Positions 27,671 to 40,133 of a stretch of DNA of 64,000 bases are shown in pieces. Both the position numbers and the translations under genes were made by a program. The notes below the pieces were generated by a model, which was given only the letters and a program-made list of their open reading frames with translations, did no database searches and was not told where the DNA came from. The stretch lies in assembly GCF_006345805.1 (NCBI RefSeq), contig NC_043020.1, positions 4,774,001 to 4,838,000 on the forward strand, in the 5' to 3' direction. Positions within the stretch are counted from its first letter, which is position 1. Every line of letters begins with the position of its first letter. The DNA is from Octopus sinensis (Eukaryota).

Positions 27671-28279
27671 GGTTGCGAGCTGGCAGAATCGTTAGCACGC
27701 CGGGCAAAATACGTAGCCGTATTTCGTCTGCCGTTACGTTGTGAGTTCAAATTCCTCCGAGGTCGACTTTGCCTTTCATCCTTTCGGGGTCGATAAATTA
27801 AGTACCAGTTACGCACTGGGGTCGTGGAATCGATTTAATCCGTGTGTCTGTCCTTGTTTGTCCTCTGTGTTTAGCCCCTTGTGGGTAGTAAAGAAATATG
27901 CATTTCGTCTGCCGCTACGTTCTGAGGTCAAATTCCGCCGAGGTCGACTTTGCCTTTCATCCTTTCGGAATCGATTAAATAAGTACCAGTTACGCACTGG
28001 GGTCGATGTAATCTACTTAATCCGTTTTTCTGTCCTTGTTTGTCCCCTCTATCTTTGTCCCCTTGTGGGTAGTAAAGAAATAGGTATTTCATCTGTCGTT
28101 ACGTTCTGAGTCCAAATTCTGCCGACTTTGCATTTCATCCTTTTGGGGTCGATTAAATAAGTACCAGTTACGCACTGGAGTCGATATAATCGACTTAATC
28201 CGTTGGTCTGTACTTGTTTGTCCTCTGTGTTTATCCCGTTGTGGGTAGTAAAGAATTCTGTATTTCGTCTGCCGCTACG
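27671..28279 (+). mobile_element. SINE-B tandem array (head plus 3 units, tail T)
   Basis: Units of about 180 bp, GTATTTCGTCTG...GGGTAGTAAAGAAATA. Confidence 0.92.
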
Positions 28280-28556
28280 GATGAGCGTAATTATAAATAT
28301 AAAATAGCGATAATTTACCCATCGCAAACTCAATATGTGTGTGTGCGCGCGCGCGCGAGCGCGTGTGTGTGTGTTTGTCTCTGTGTGAGTGTTTGTTTAT
28401 GAATAGGTATCTGTGTATGAGTGTACGCGTGTCCTTGTCACCATCACGTGACAACAGGCGTTGACCATTTTACGTCTCCGTAATTTAGTGTTTTGGCAAA
28501 TCGATAAATAAGTACGATAATCAAGGAACACGTACTGCGATCGATTTCATCGATTA

Positions 28557-28601
<45 letters not shown>

Positions 28602-28984
28602 CCTGTTTATCTATTGATAGATATGTGACATTGTGGTCGATGAAGAAAACATTATTAACACTATTATTGTTGTTATTATTATCACTGATTGTTATCATTA
28701 TCATTATTAATTTTTTTCTTGTATTATTACTATGTTGTTGTTGCTCGTGTTGTTGTAGGAAGTCGCCATTGTTCGTAATATATGCTGAAGCAACATCACA
28801 GAAATTCTATCGACGCCCCCAAAAGTCAATAACTACACTGAAAGGGAAATATCTTCTTTCATCAGATGATTTATGACAATAACATTGATTTATTTAATAC
28901 GACACTAACGAAATTAAAAGAGTGATTACCCATACACATCTACATATCTACATACTCAAACAAATAAATATGTTTATGAGTGTG

Positions 28985-29775
28985 TGAGTGTGTGTATAGG
29001 TATGTGTATGTGTGTATGTATAAGCTATCTCATAACGATGGGGCTGTTGGGTACGGTTACGTACTGTACACTCTCTTCAATAGAAGTTCTTCTTTTAATC
29101 CTAGTTGTTCGCTTATATAATGTTTCCCATCATTAGCAGATACTCTACGCCGGCAGTCGGTAACACAGTACCGGCACGTCCCGGAACTTCGTCGGCGGGA
29201 ATTGTACCACCGACGGTGGAAGTGAGTACCCCACCCCTAAAGGAGAATTACTTGTCTTCTTCTACAAGAGCCCAATTGAGATTTTAATAACTTTCCTTCA
29301 TGAGGATTCATTAAGTGAAGTTTGTGTGTGTGTGTAGGTATATGTACGTGTGTATGTATAAGCTATCTCATAACGATGGGGCTGTTTGCTACGGTTACGT
29401 ACTGTACATTCTCTTCAATAGAAGTTCTTCTTTTAATCCTAGTTGTTCGATATTATAATGTTTCCCATCATTAGCAGACACTCTACGCCGGCAAACGGTA
29501 ACACAGTACCGGCATGTCCCGGAATTTCGTCGGTGGGAAATTGTGCTACCGACGGTGGAAGTGACTACCCCACCTTCAAAAGGAGAAGAATTACTTGCTT
29601 CTTCTACAGCGGTGGGGAGGTGGAGAAGGTGGTGGAGAAGCACTAAGAGGAAGTAGTTCTGGCCAGCGCATGGGGCAGACGATAGAATGAAATCAATGAA
29701 AGATAAAGAACACGACAAGAGTCCAATTGAGAGTTTCAAATCTTTCCTTGATGAGGATTTATTAAGTGAAATTTG
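28985..29775 (+). repeat. Diverged tandem duplication of the region 5' of a piggyBac relic
   Basis: 28985-29323 matches 29324-29775; the first copy lacks about 110 bp internally. Confidence 0.9.
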
Positions 29776-30020
29776 CAGAGAATCTGTCACATATTACACA
29801 TAGAAAAAAAATGTACATTTGTTTAGTCTGTCAACAAACTGAGAGATTTCATTGGAATTCTACTTTTTTCAGGATAGCACAGACTACCAAATGAACAGCA
29901 TTATTGGAGTGTATCTGAACACCTTGAAACTCTGATTATTCGAAAAGTAATGCCAAGGAACAGATTTCTAAGCATCAAGTGGTTTCTTCATTTTGTTGAC
30001 AATGAAAATGCAGAAAATTA
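29715..30020 (+). mobile_element. piggyBac transposase relic
   Basis: SPIESFKSFLDEDLLSEICRES...LRDFIGILLFSG*HRLPNEQHYWS...VMPRNRFLSIKWFLHFVDN. Confidence 0.88.
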
Positions 30021-30022
30021 CA

Positions 30023-30154
30023 ACTTATTCTTTGGAAGCTTAGTACTTATACTATCGGTCTCTTTTGCCGAACCGCTAAGTTACGGGGATGTAAACACAT
30101 CAACATCGGTTGTCAAGTGATGTTGGAGGGACAAACACAGACACACAAACATAT

Positions 30155-30185
<31 letters not shown>

Positions 30186-30352
30186 CATATATATATACGA
30201 CGGGCTTTTTTCAGTTACCGTCTACCAAATCCACTCACAAAGTTTTGGTCGGCCCGAGGCTATAGTAAAAAACACTTGCCCAAGGTGCTACGCAGTGGGA
30301 CTGAAACCAGAACCATGTAGTTGGTAAGCAAGCTACTTACCACACAGCCACT
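30023..30352 (-). mobile_element. SINE-A, 3'-truncated
   Basis: Colinear with the family; abuts the piggyBac relic. Confidence 0.9.
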
Positions 30353-31593
30353 TGGGAAAAATAGAAGTTGAAAATGCACTGAGAATAGGTAAAATAGTTT
30401 TTATTAATATATTTGAAGCTTTAACTGGTTTAACAGCTTACACTGATTTTCAAAAAGTTCAACTAGAAAGACATGGCTTATATCGCAGCTATCTTGCTTC
30501 TGACTAGTGTTTGAACTTTGCCCTGTTTTTATGGGGAGTTCATGGCTCAAATTAGTATATGTTTGAATAGGATTTGATTGGTAGAAGATAAGTTACATGA
30601 CTGGTCTTAAAAAATTGTGTATGTTCCCCGCTACATCCGTGTGATAGTATCAAGTGACTATGTTTGGTGTCGTAAGTTAAGGCTGACTCGGTTGACCGAA
30701 AAAGTCCAAACAATCAATGCTCTCAATGTTCAAGTGATTGTAGAGAATGAACACATGGTTAAGTTTATAACCCCTTAGACAGATTAAATTCGGAATGCCT
30801 AGATTATAGCTGCACAGGTTCATTCAACCGTGTCGTCCTTCTTTTCAGGCGCAAAATATACCGTGACGTGACACCAACGGACGAACATGGCAGGAGGCGT
30901 GCAAGGGATTATAAACTTAATGATGTGTTCATAATCTACAAACATTTGGCAGAAAACATTCTGAGTATTGACTATTTGGACTTGCTTAATTCTTATTTGA
31001 TTACGTCCCCGTAACTTAGCGACTACGCACAAAAGATCGGTACAATAAGAACTAGGCTTAAAATCAAAGACCAAAAATTTAGCACTGGGGTCGATCGGTG
31101 TCGGTTAAAAACTCGAACCCAAATGGCTGCAGTTGCGAAGCGAGCTTCTTAATCACATAAACACAACAACGTTCTCGACTACCAGAATATAAATTGAGAC
31201 ATTTTCGAAAATAATTTTATAGTGATAACCCTTAGAGAGAAAACTCAGGCAAAATAACGAGATTTTGAAGTGGCCGGATAGTATATAATTTCATTGCTGT
31301 CAGTATTACGCATCTTCTCATAGTCGCATGACATCTATCACTATATCTGTCTGTCTGTCTGTGTGTGTATGTATGTATGTATGTATTTGTCTATCTATAT
31401 ATACATACATGCATAAACGCACACACATATATATAATATATTTATTTGTATACATACAGACAGAGATGTGTAAGTACATATATATGTAAATATGTGCATA
31501 TATATATATATATATATATGTTCACACAGTCACACGCACACACACACATACACACGCATACACACACACACACACACGTATATATATATATAT

Positions 31594-31656
31594 GATTTTG
31601 ATTTTGATTTTTCCAGTTTCAGCTAATGAGCTGTGGCTATGCTGGGGCACCGCCAT
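31594..31656 (-). mobile_element. Extreme 3' end of a CR1/L2-group LINE with (AAAATC)n tail
   Basis: GGCGGTGCCCCAGCATAGCCACAGCTCATTAGCTGAAAC, similar to 63396-63436. Confidence 0.65.
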
Positions 31657-31788
31657 TTATATATATATATATATATATATATACATACGAATACGTATTT
31701 ATATCAGTTCATCAGAATATAGCGCAATCATTTGGAGAGTATAGTCGGAAATAAAAATAGTTTCATATATATATATATATTATATATA

Positions 31789-31846
<58 letters not shown>

Positions 31847-31847
31847 G

Positions 31848-31883
<36 letters not shown>

Positions 31884-32006
31884 TATATGTATATGTATAT
31901 GTATATATGTATATGTATATGTATATATATATAATATATATATATATAATATATATATATGTATATACATACCTATATATATATATACATGCATACACAC
32001 ACACAC

Positions 32007-32051
<45 letters not shown>

Positions 32052-32310
32052 TATAAAGTAAGATTTAAGTGAATTAAATATCTCTAATTAAGAATTTATA
32101 TTTATCTTTCCTCTGAAAATCGTTGTCTCATTGTGTTTCCCTGCAGAGAACATTAAAATTTCCGCAGATATCTAAATACTCTGGATATCAATAAACATTT
32201 TCTGCTGAACGATGTTGAATTGGGATTTGTATAGATTAACATCTCACAAATTCCTACTCGTGTCAACATCAACAAATTTTATATGTCGATATATATATAT
32301 ATATATATAT

Positions 32311-32709
32311 CTTTACTCTTTCTCTCTCTTTTACTTGTTTCAGTAATTTGACTGCGGCCATGCTGGAGCACCGCCTTTAGTCGAGCAAATCGACCCCGGG
32401 ACTTATTCTTTTGTAAGCCCAGTACTTATTCTATCGGTCTCTTTTGCCGAACCGCTAAGTAACGGGGGCATAAACACACCAGCATCGGTTGTCAAGCGAT
32501 GTTGGGGTGACAAACACAGACACACAAACATCTACACGCACATACATATACATATATATACGACGGGCTTCTTTCAGTTTCCGTCTACCAAATCCACTCA
32601 CAAGGCTTTGGTCGGCTCGAGGCTATAGTAGAAGACACTTGCCCAAGATGCCACGCAGTGGGACTGAACCCGGAACCATGTGGTTGGTAAGCAAGCTACT
32701 TCTGCGCCT
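32311..32709 (-). mobile_element. SINE-A with a short head deletion
   Basis: Colinear with the family. Confidence 0.93.
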
Positions 32710-32744
32710 ATATATATATATCGGTCTATTTATATTTATATTTG

Positions 32745-32987
32745 TCTGAATGCGCATCCAGGCTCAGAAATTGCGTAGGAAGTCGGGAACAAGAAACAGG
32801 AAGAAAGAGTGAGAGAAAGTTGGAGCGAAAGAGTACAACAGGGGTCGCCACCATTCCCTGCTGGAGTCTCGTGGAGCTTTAGGTGTTTTCGCTCAAGAAA
32901 CATTCACAACGCCCGGTCTGGGAATCGAAACTGCGATCCTCCGACCACGAGTCCGTTACCCTAACCATTGGGCCATTGCGCCTCCAC
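32745..32987 (-). mobile_element. SINE-C head plus a distinct short tail (tail 4)
   Basis: Head matches 33048; diverges after TTCCTGTTTC. Confidence 0.85.
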
Positions 32988-33047
32988 TGTTACTGCTGCT
33001 ATTTCTATTTTGTATTGTTATAACACTGTTGCAGCGTATTCTTTATC

Positions 33048-33871
33048 GTGGAGGCGCAATGGCCCAGTGTTAAGTGCAGCGGAATCGAGGTCATAGGATC
33101 GCTGTTTCGATTCCCAGACCGGTGCGCTGTGAGTGTTTATTGAGCGAAAACACCGAAAGCTCCACGAGGCTCCGGCAGGGGGTGGTGTCGAACCCTGCTG
33201 TACTCTTTCACCACAACTTTCTCCCACTCTTTCTTCCTGTTTCTGCTGTACCTGCATTTCAAAGTGGGGTGGCAGCCTTGTCACACTCTGTGTCACGCTG
33301 AATCTCCCCGAGAACTACGTTAAGGGTACACGTGTCTGTGGAGTGCTCAGCCACTTAAACGTTAATTTCACGAGCAGGCTGTTCCGTTGATTGGATCATG
33401 GAAGCACTCCATCGGTTACGACGACGAGGGTTCCGGTTGATCCGATCAACGGAACAGCCTGCTCGTGAAATTAACGTGTAAGTGGCTGAGCACTCCACAG
33501 ACACGTGTACCCTTAACGTAGTTCTCGGGGATATTCAGCGTGACACAGAGAGTGACAAGGCCGGCCCTTTGAAATACAGGTACAACAGAAACAGGAAGTA
33601 AGAGTGAGAGAAAGTTGTGGTGAAAGAATACAGCAGGGATCACCACCATCCCCTGCCGGAGCCTCGTGGAGCTTTAGGTGTTTTCGCTCAATAAACACCC
33701 ACAATATATAGATATATATATATCCTACATATACATCCCCGTACACATGCATACATGCAAGACAAATGCAACTATATACACATATAGACATATATAGGCA
33801 CATGAAGGCAGAAATATTATTTATATATATACACACATACACAATACATACAAGCAGACACACACACACAC

Positions 33872-33938
<67 letters not shown>

Positions 33939-34043
33939 AACCGCGATCCTACGACCGCGTGTCCGCTGCCCTAACCACTGGGCCATTGCGCCTCCACTGA
34001 TTGGATCAAAGGGAGCCCACGTCGTCGTAACCGACGGAGTGCC
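33048..34043 (+). mobile_element. SINE-C plus tail 1, split by an inverted same-family insertion
   Basis: 33048-33398 resumes at 33998-34043. Confidence 0.92.
33399..33997 (-). mobile_element. SINE-C plus tail 1, nested, with 11-bp TSD
   Basis: TGATTGGATCA at 33388-33398 and 33998-34008. Confidence 0.92.
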
Positions 34044-34395
34044 GGATTAATTCTATCGTCGACAATATCAACCGTTCTACAATTTTCAACGTGAAACGTA
34101 TCGCCGCTGTTTACCGAAAAATGTGAATTATAGACGACAGTAAATCTTCCCAAAATATATTTTATTTCAGGTTTTATTAATAAAAATTAATGTACATTAA
34201 TTATTATAGAAATATTAATTTATAAACCAGGCTTCCTGCATTATTAATTATTCATTCAGCTTAGAATAGCTGCGAATTCATCATCATCATCATCTTCATC
34301 ATATATATACATATGCATGAAGGGAAAATTTTTTAGTCGGCGTGATTAATTTTGTTTTTACCACCATCCACGATATTACGACTGAATGTACTCAA

Positions 34396-34427
<32 letters not shown>

Positions 34428-34647
34428 TTAAAATTACTAAGTCTCTCTAAAAGAGATTACGGCAGCGTTACTGGAAATTAATTGTTATCGCCATATTAAT
34501 ATGGCAGTCTTATAGATATAAGACTAAAGCTGTCGCTGATTAGCTCCATGAGGCCATCGCCTTAAGCTAGCTATTTGACACACAAACTGTGTCCATTATA
34601 ACCTTCGAACAAGGGAGGTCAGCCGCTTCACACTGCCAGTCAGACAG

Positions 34648-34688
34648 CTACAGACGCGTTTCAGGGTATTTGCCCTTTGTCAATGTAG
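34648..34688 (-). ncRNA. Decayed minimal hammerhead motif
   Basis: CTACA-TTGACAA-AGGG caaata CCCT-GAAAC-GC-GTC-TGTAG; all stems intact, palindrome ACGCGT, two core transitions. Confidence 0.65.
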
Positions 34689-35096
34689 GCGCAGGAGTGG
34701 CTGTGTGGTAAGTAGCTTGTTTACCAACCACATGGTTTCGGGTTCGGTTCCACTGCGTGGCACCTTGGGCAAGTGTCTTCTACTATGGCCTCGGGCCGAC
34801 CAAAGCCTTGTGAGTAGATTTGGTAGACGGAAACTGAAAGAAGCCCGTCGTATATATGTATATATATGCGTGTGTGTGTTTGTGTGTCTGTGTTTGTGTA
34901 TCTGTGTTTGTCCCCCTAGCATTGCTTGACAACCGATGCTTGTGTGTTTATGTCCCCGTAACTTAGCGGTTCGGCAAAAGCGACCGATAGAATAAGTACT
35001 GGGCTTACAAAAGAATAAGTCTCGGGGTCGAGTTGCTCGACTAAAGGCGGTGCTCCAGCATGGCCGCAGTCAAATGACTGAAACAAGTAAAAGAGT
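34687..35096 (+). mobile_element. SINE-A, full length
   Basis: AGGCGCAGGAGTGGCTGTGTGG...CAGTCAAATGACTGAAACAAGTAAAAGAGT. Confidence 0.95.
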
Positions 35097-35114
35097 ATAT
35101 ATGTGTGTGTGTGA

Positions 35115-35207
<93 letters not shown>

Positions 35208-35379
35208 GTGTGTGTGTGTGTGTCTGCTTGTATGTATTGTGTATGTGTGTATATATATAAATAATCTTTCTGCCTTCATGTGCCTATATATGTCTATATG
35301 TGTATATAGTTGCATTTGTCTTGCATGTATGCATGTGTACGGGGATGTATATGTAGGATATATATATATCTATATGTTC

Positions 35380-35525
35380 TTTTATTCTTTTACACGCTCC
35401 AGTTTTGTAATCCTAGTACTTACTCTCATCAGTTTCTTTTGCCGAACCGCTAAGGTTAGGGGGACTTAAACACACTATCATCGGTTGCTAAGCGATGGTG
35501 GGGTTGGCAAACAAAGACACAACGC

Positions 35526-35572
<47 letters not shown>

Positions 35573-35829
35573 GTGTGTGTGTGTGTGTATGTATGTATAT
35601 GTATGTATGTATATATATATACATACACATATACATAAATCCACTTTCTGCCAAGAAGTAACAGTGAAAAATAGAGTATACGGCGGGATTCCTTCAGTTT
35701 TCGTATAACAACTTCAATGACAAGGTTTTGGTCGGCCTGAGGCTATAGTAGATGGTGCCAAGTAGTGGGACTGAACTCGGAACCGTGGCTGGGAAACATA
35801 CTTCTCACCACACAGCCACACCTGCACCT

Positions 35830-35830
<1 letters not shown>
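35380..35830 (-). mobile_element. Diverged SINE-A
   Basis: GCCGAACCGCTAAG...GGGACTGAAC...CCACACAGCCAC. Confidence 0.8.
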
Positions 35831-35863
<33 letters not shown>

Positions 35864-36200
35864 TTAGGCATCTTTATGTGTACATGTATGTATAGACGTG
35901 TATGTATATGCGTGTATGTGTGTAAATTTATGTATGTCCGTGTATTTGTATTTGATTCTGATTTTAATTAAAACATGAAAAACCGTTTTCGTTTGTCTGC
36001 AGTAAATTACAACTGACTGAACATCACTACATCACAATATTGATTTTTAATAACATCAGCTCGAAAAAAAAAATATAATATTGAATTAGTAAATACAAGT
36101 AATTTAGTTGAAATCATTTAATTAGTGTCTTCATACGTTATTATTTTACATCGTGACTGTAATTCGTTTGATCATCACAGATTAAACGTGATTGTTAGAA

Positions 36201-36268
<68 letters not shown>

Positions 36269-36319
36269 CATACACACAGATTCACATACACATATATACA
36301 CTCATGTATGTATTTTATC

Positions 36320-36698
36320 TTATTGCTTGTTTTCTAGCGGCCATGCTAGGGCACCGTCTTGAAGGTTTTTAGTCGAACGAATCGACCCCCAGAACTTGTC
36401 CTTTCAAAGCTTGGCACTTAATCTGTCGGACTCTTCAGCTGAACCGTTATGTTACGGAAACGTAAGGAAACAAACACCGGTTGGCAAGCGAGGGTGGGAA
36501 CACACACAAACACACACATATAAATATTCATACATACACACACACATGAGTGCACCCACACACATGCCCATACGACATGCTTCTTGCAGTTACCCTCTAC
36601 CAAACCTTCTCACTAGGCTTTGGTTGATTCGGGGCTATCAGAAAAGACACTAATGTGATCCTACAACCGCGAGTCCGCTGCCCTAACCACTGGGCCAT
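36320..36698 (-). mobile_element. Diverged SINE-A body joined to a SINE-C head fragment
   Basis: SINE-A motifs at 36320-36650; GATCCTACAACCGCGAGTCCGCTGCCCTAACCACTGGGCCAT at about 36657-36698. Confidence 0.75.
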
Positions 36699-36949
36699 AT
36701 ATAGGTTGTATGGTGTAAATCTGAATTCTTTTGTGTCCTTTTTTTACCAGGAACAACTTGATGTGTTGGTGGAGAGTCAGCGGCGTTGGAGAGCATGAAG
36801 ATTAAAATTGAAATGAGTATGGAAGTTGAGCATTAAGTACAAGTTGAGAAAATGTTAGCTGATAGGGAAGATTGACAACCATCTGGATATTGGAAATATG
36901 TTGCAGACTATTGGAAAATGTCATCGTGTGGAATGATAATTCCCACCGG

Positions 36950-37370
36950 ATATCAAAATGCCAACATCACGGCTGCTATCTAATACTCTGAGCATCGCAA
37001 AGAGTGTAAGATCTGACATGGATAGCTGCAACGAAGTCTACGAAGCCGTGGTCAGCATACATTCTGACTGCGTCAGCATCGTTGAATAGAGCCTTAGGCT
37101 GAATTCAAATGGATATGTGAAGCTACCGCAGACTGTTGTCAAATTCTGGTTGGATGAGGTTGCTAATGTGAGGTCAAATGTATCGCAACAGGATTCGGTT
37201 TGTGGCTATATCTGCGGGCGGAAAGAGTTACGAGTGGTTTTTGAAGAATTTCTATGGCTTCACCAACCCAAGTTTCTGGCCTCCTAATTCATCCTATTGT
37301 GATAATATTGACAACTGTGTGTGGGACGCGGTTGAGAAAGGCACTAAGGATTCTGGCTGCCGCACTGTTG
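36950..37370 (+). mobile_element. Second DD37D/maT-like transposase relic
   Basis: QQDS...WFLKNFYGFTNPSFWPPNSSYCDNIDNCVWDAVEK, homologous to the 5.9-6.2 kb relic. Confidence 0.75.
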
Positions 37371-38705
37371 TAGTGAAAATGGTATTCCCCTTCCCGAAGG
37401 CGGCGAGCTGGCAAGAATCGTTAAGCACGCCGGGCGAAATGCTTAACGGTATTTCGGCTGCCGCTACGTTCTGAGTTCAAATTCCGCCGAGGTCGACTTT
37501 GGAACAGCCTTTGAATAAGGCCTGTTCTGCAGAAATATTTGATGCTTGGTAAAACAGTCTACTATTATTTCTTTGTTACCAGAGCATTGTAATGAAGAGA
37601 TTTGTGGGGTGGAAAATGTACCATTCTTGTTTACTTCACGCTGCTGATTTCCGAGAGAGAGAGAGAGAGCGAGAGAGAGAGAGAGAGAGAGAGAGTGACA
37701 GACAGACAGAGAGAGAGAGAAATACAGAGAGAGAATCTACCCCAGCACATGACTGATACTTTGTTGACTTCCGAAAGAATAAAATGTAAACTTGGCCTGC
37801 GTAGTATTTGAACCCACGGCACAGAGGATCACATCAAATACCACAAGCTATTCTTTTCGACCAATTCGCTGCCTCAGCTCTCTAGCAGGGTCGATGTAAT
37901 TGACAAACGTCATCTTCTATAAATTGCTAGCCTTGTGCTAAAGTTTGAAGTAATTACTTAATTTAAATATGAAAGCGTATTCCGTCCGTGAGTCGCTAGA
38001 TGTAGCACTGGTTATAATGTTCTGTTCTACTTACTTATGAATATTTTTATATTATGAGTTCAAATCTAGCAGGAACTGCCATTGCCTTCCGAGGTCAATA
38101 AAATAAAGCACCAATTGTACTAAGAATTCGATACAACCACCTAGACTTCTCTCGCTCTGTAAATGTTCTGCGTATATTTGTACTTCAGCGAGACATCATG
38201 ATTTTCCTTCAAATTCTTCTCTCATCGATTTGTTGAAGGAATGTTTACATGCAGAAGAACTAGTCTCTAATTGCATGTTCTTGCTTCCTACCAGAGTCTC
38301 TGTGTAGTTAATTACAAGAATTGCTGTGCGCTGTAGGGGTTAGCTTACGGCGAAGCAGATCTTCCATCTGGTTATAATTTCCGTTTGCAAGACATTCTAC
38401 TCAGTTTATACAGTTAACCAATTCGTGACCAAATTTCCAATCAAATATGCAACCGACGTCTTTGAATTTAATTTCAAATTAAAGAATTTAAATAAATTCA
38501 GTAACATATGATTTTTTTTTTTGAATGATAAAATTGATATTTGGATCTTGGAACACTGTTACGTATGATTTAAGGTTTTTCATTGGGATATGAATATTCT
38601 TAAAGAAGTGATCCTATATTTGAAGGGAAAGCGGTGAAACGATCAATATGGGATTGGAGTCAAAAGACTGGTATGAAGAATTGATTGAAGTTTTATTTAA
38701 AAACA

Positions 38706-39155
38706 GGATCTTTTCGGTTTGAACGGTAGTTTTTAACATAACTTCTAAGTAACTAAAAAATTTTAAACTTCGTATACTGGTAGAATGTGCTTATAAAACA
38801 TCTTTTTCTCTTGGCTCTATTAAGAAAATTCTATAGTTTGTAAGATATTTGTTGTTTTTTTTCTTCAATTTCTTCAATTTCAACCAATCACTGACGTCTA
38901 TTGAGGTAAAAAAAACATTCTGTCGTATAAATATGTCCCTCGTTTAAGAAACAGATTGAGTTTATTTACATTTGTGAAGAAAAATAGATACTCTTCCCCC
39001 CACCCCTAACCCTAATCCTAACCTTAACTCACCCTAACTAACTCTAACCCTAAAACAGATTGAAATGCAATAGATCGATACTAGTGTTATAATTAAGGGT
39101 GACAATTTCATATGACACCGCTAGAAAAAAACTGCCGTTCAAATCGAAAAGATCC
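38706..39155. mobile_element. MITE with about 29-bp TIRs, 8-bp TSD and internal telomere-like repeats
   Basis: TIR GGATCTTTTCGGTTTGAACGGTAGTTTTT / AAAAACTGCCGTTCAAATCGAAAAGATCC; TSD TAAAAACA; CCCTAA variants at about 39004-39053. Confidence 0.92.
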
Positions 39156-39540
39156 TAAAAACATATTTTTAGAGGAAAAAAAAAAGAAAGGAAAAAATTA
39201 AACGTACAAAAGGTTAAATTAAAGAGAAAGGAACCTCAAAATTACTTCAACAAAGAAACAAAGAAACGGAAATCAATGGCGAGGTGGAATTAAGCAACAG
39301 AAGATCGCGAGATAGGAGTAGGTTGGCTATTTATTTATTTATTCAGTTTGGTAAATGAACTTGGGTGTTCGCATCTCGAGAGACTTTGCACATTCAAGTA
39401 AGGCCGTGTATCAGTTAATTTCCTCCACTCATTTAAAGAGTAACGGTTCTGTGTTCGGGTGGGTTTCTTTTATTAGAGATAGCATTTAGATAAACTCATC
39501 GTTTTGAATCGCGATGATCACCGGGCATATGACTATATAT

Positions 39541-40133
39541 TCTTTTCTGCTCAAGGTACAACGCCCGGAATTTTTGGCGGAGGGGGCAAGTCGATTAGAT
39601 CGACTGGTACGCAACTGGTACTTAATTTATCGACCCCAAAAGGCTGAAAGGCAAAGTCGACCTCGGCGGAATTTGAACTCACAACGTACAGACAGACGAA
39701 ATACCGCTAAGCATTTCGCCCGGCGTGCTAACGTTTATTTTCTACTCTAAGCACAAAGCCCAAACTTTTTGGGCGAAGGGGCCACTAAATTAGATCGATC
39801 ACAGTACGCAACTGGTACTTAATTTATCGACCCCGAAAGGATGAAAGGCAAAGTTGACCTCGGCGGAATTTGAACTCAGAACGTAACGGCATACGAAATA
39901 CCTATTTCTTTACTACCCACAAGGGGCTAAACACAGAGAGGACAAACAAGGGCAGACAAACGGAATAAGTCGATTATATCGACCCAAGTGCGTAACTGGT
40001 ACTTATTTAATCGACCCCGAAAGGATGAAAGACAAAGTCGACCTCGGCGGAATTTGAACTCAGAACGTACGGCAGGCGAAATACGGCTACGCATTTCGCC
40101 TGGCATGCTAACGATTCTGCCAGCTCATCGCCC
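39541..40133 (-). mobile_element. SINE-B tandem array with mixed tails (T, R, R)
   Basis: Three body repeats joined at GGTATTTCG and AAACGTTAGC. Confidence 0.92.

Noticed and set aside
30415-30460. Minus-strand hammerhead-shaped fossil (CTTT-TTGAAAA...TAAAC-CA-GTT-AAAG)
   Set aside because: Three core substitutions; too degenerate to call
31690-31718. Minus-strand CTGATGA motif
   Set aside because: No GAAA box and no stem I pairing
39004-39053. Telomere or fusion-site signal
   Set aside because: Short, degenerate and inside a MITE with TIRs and TSD
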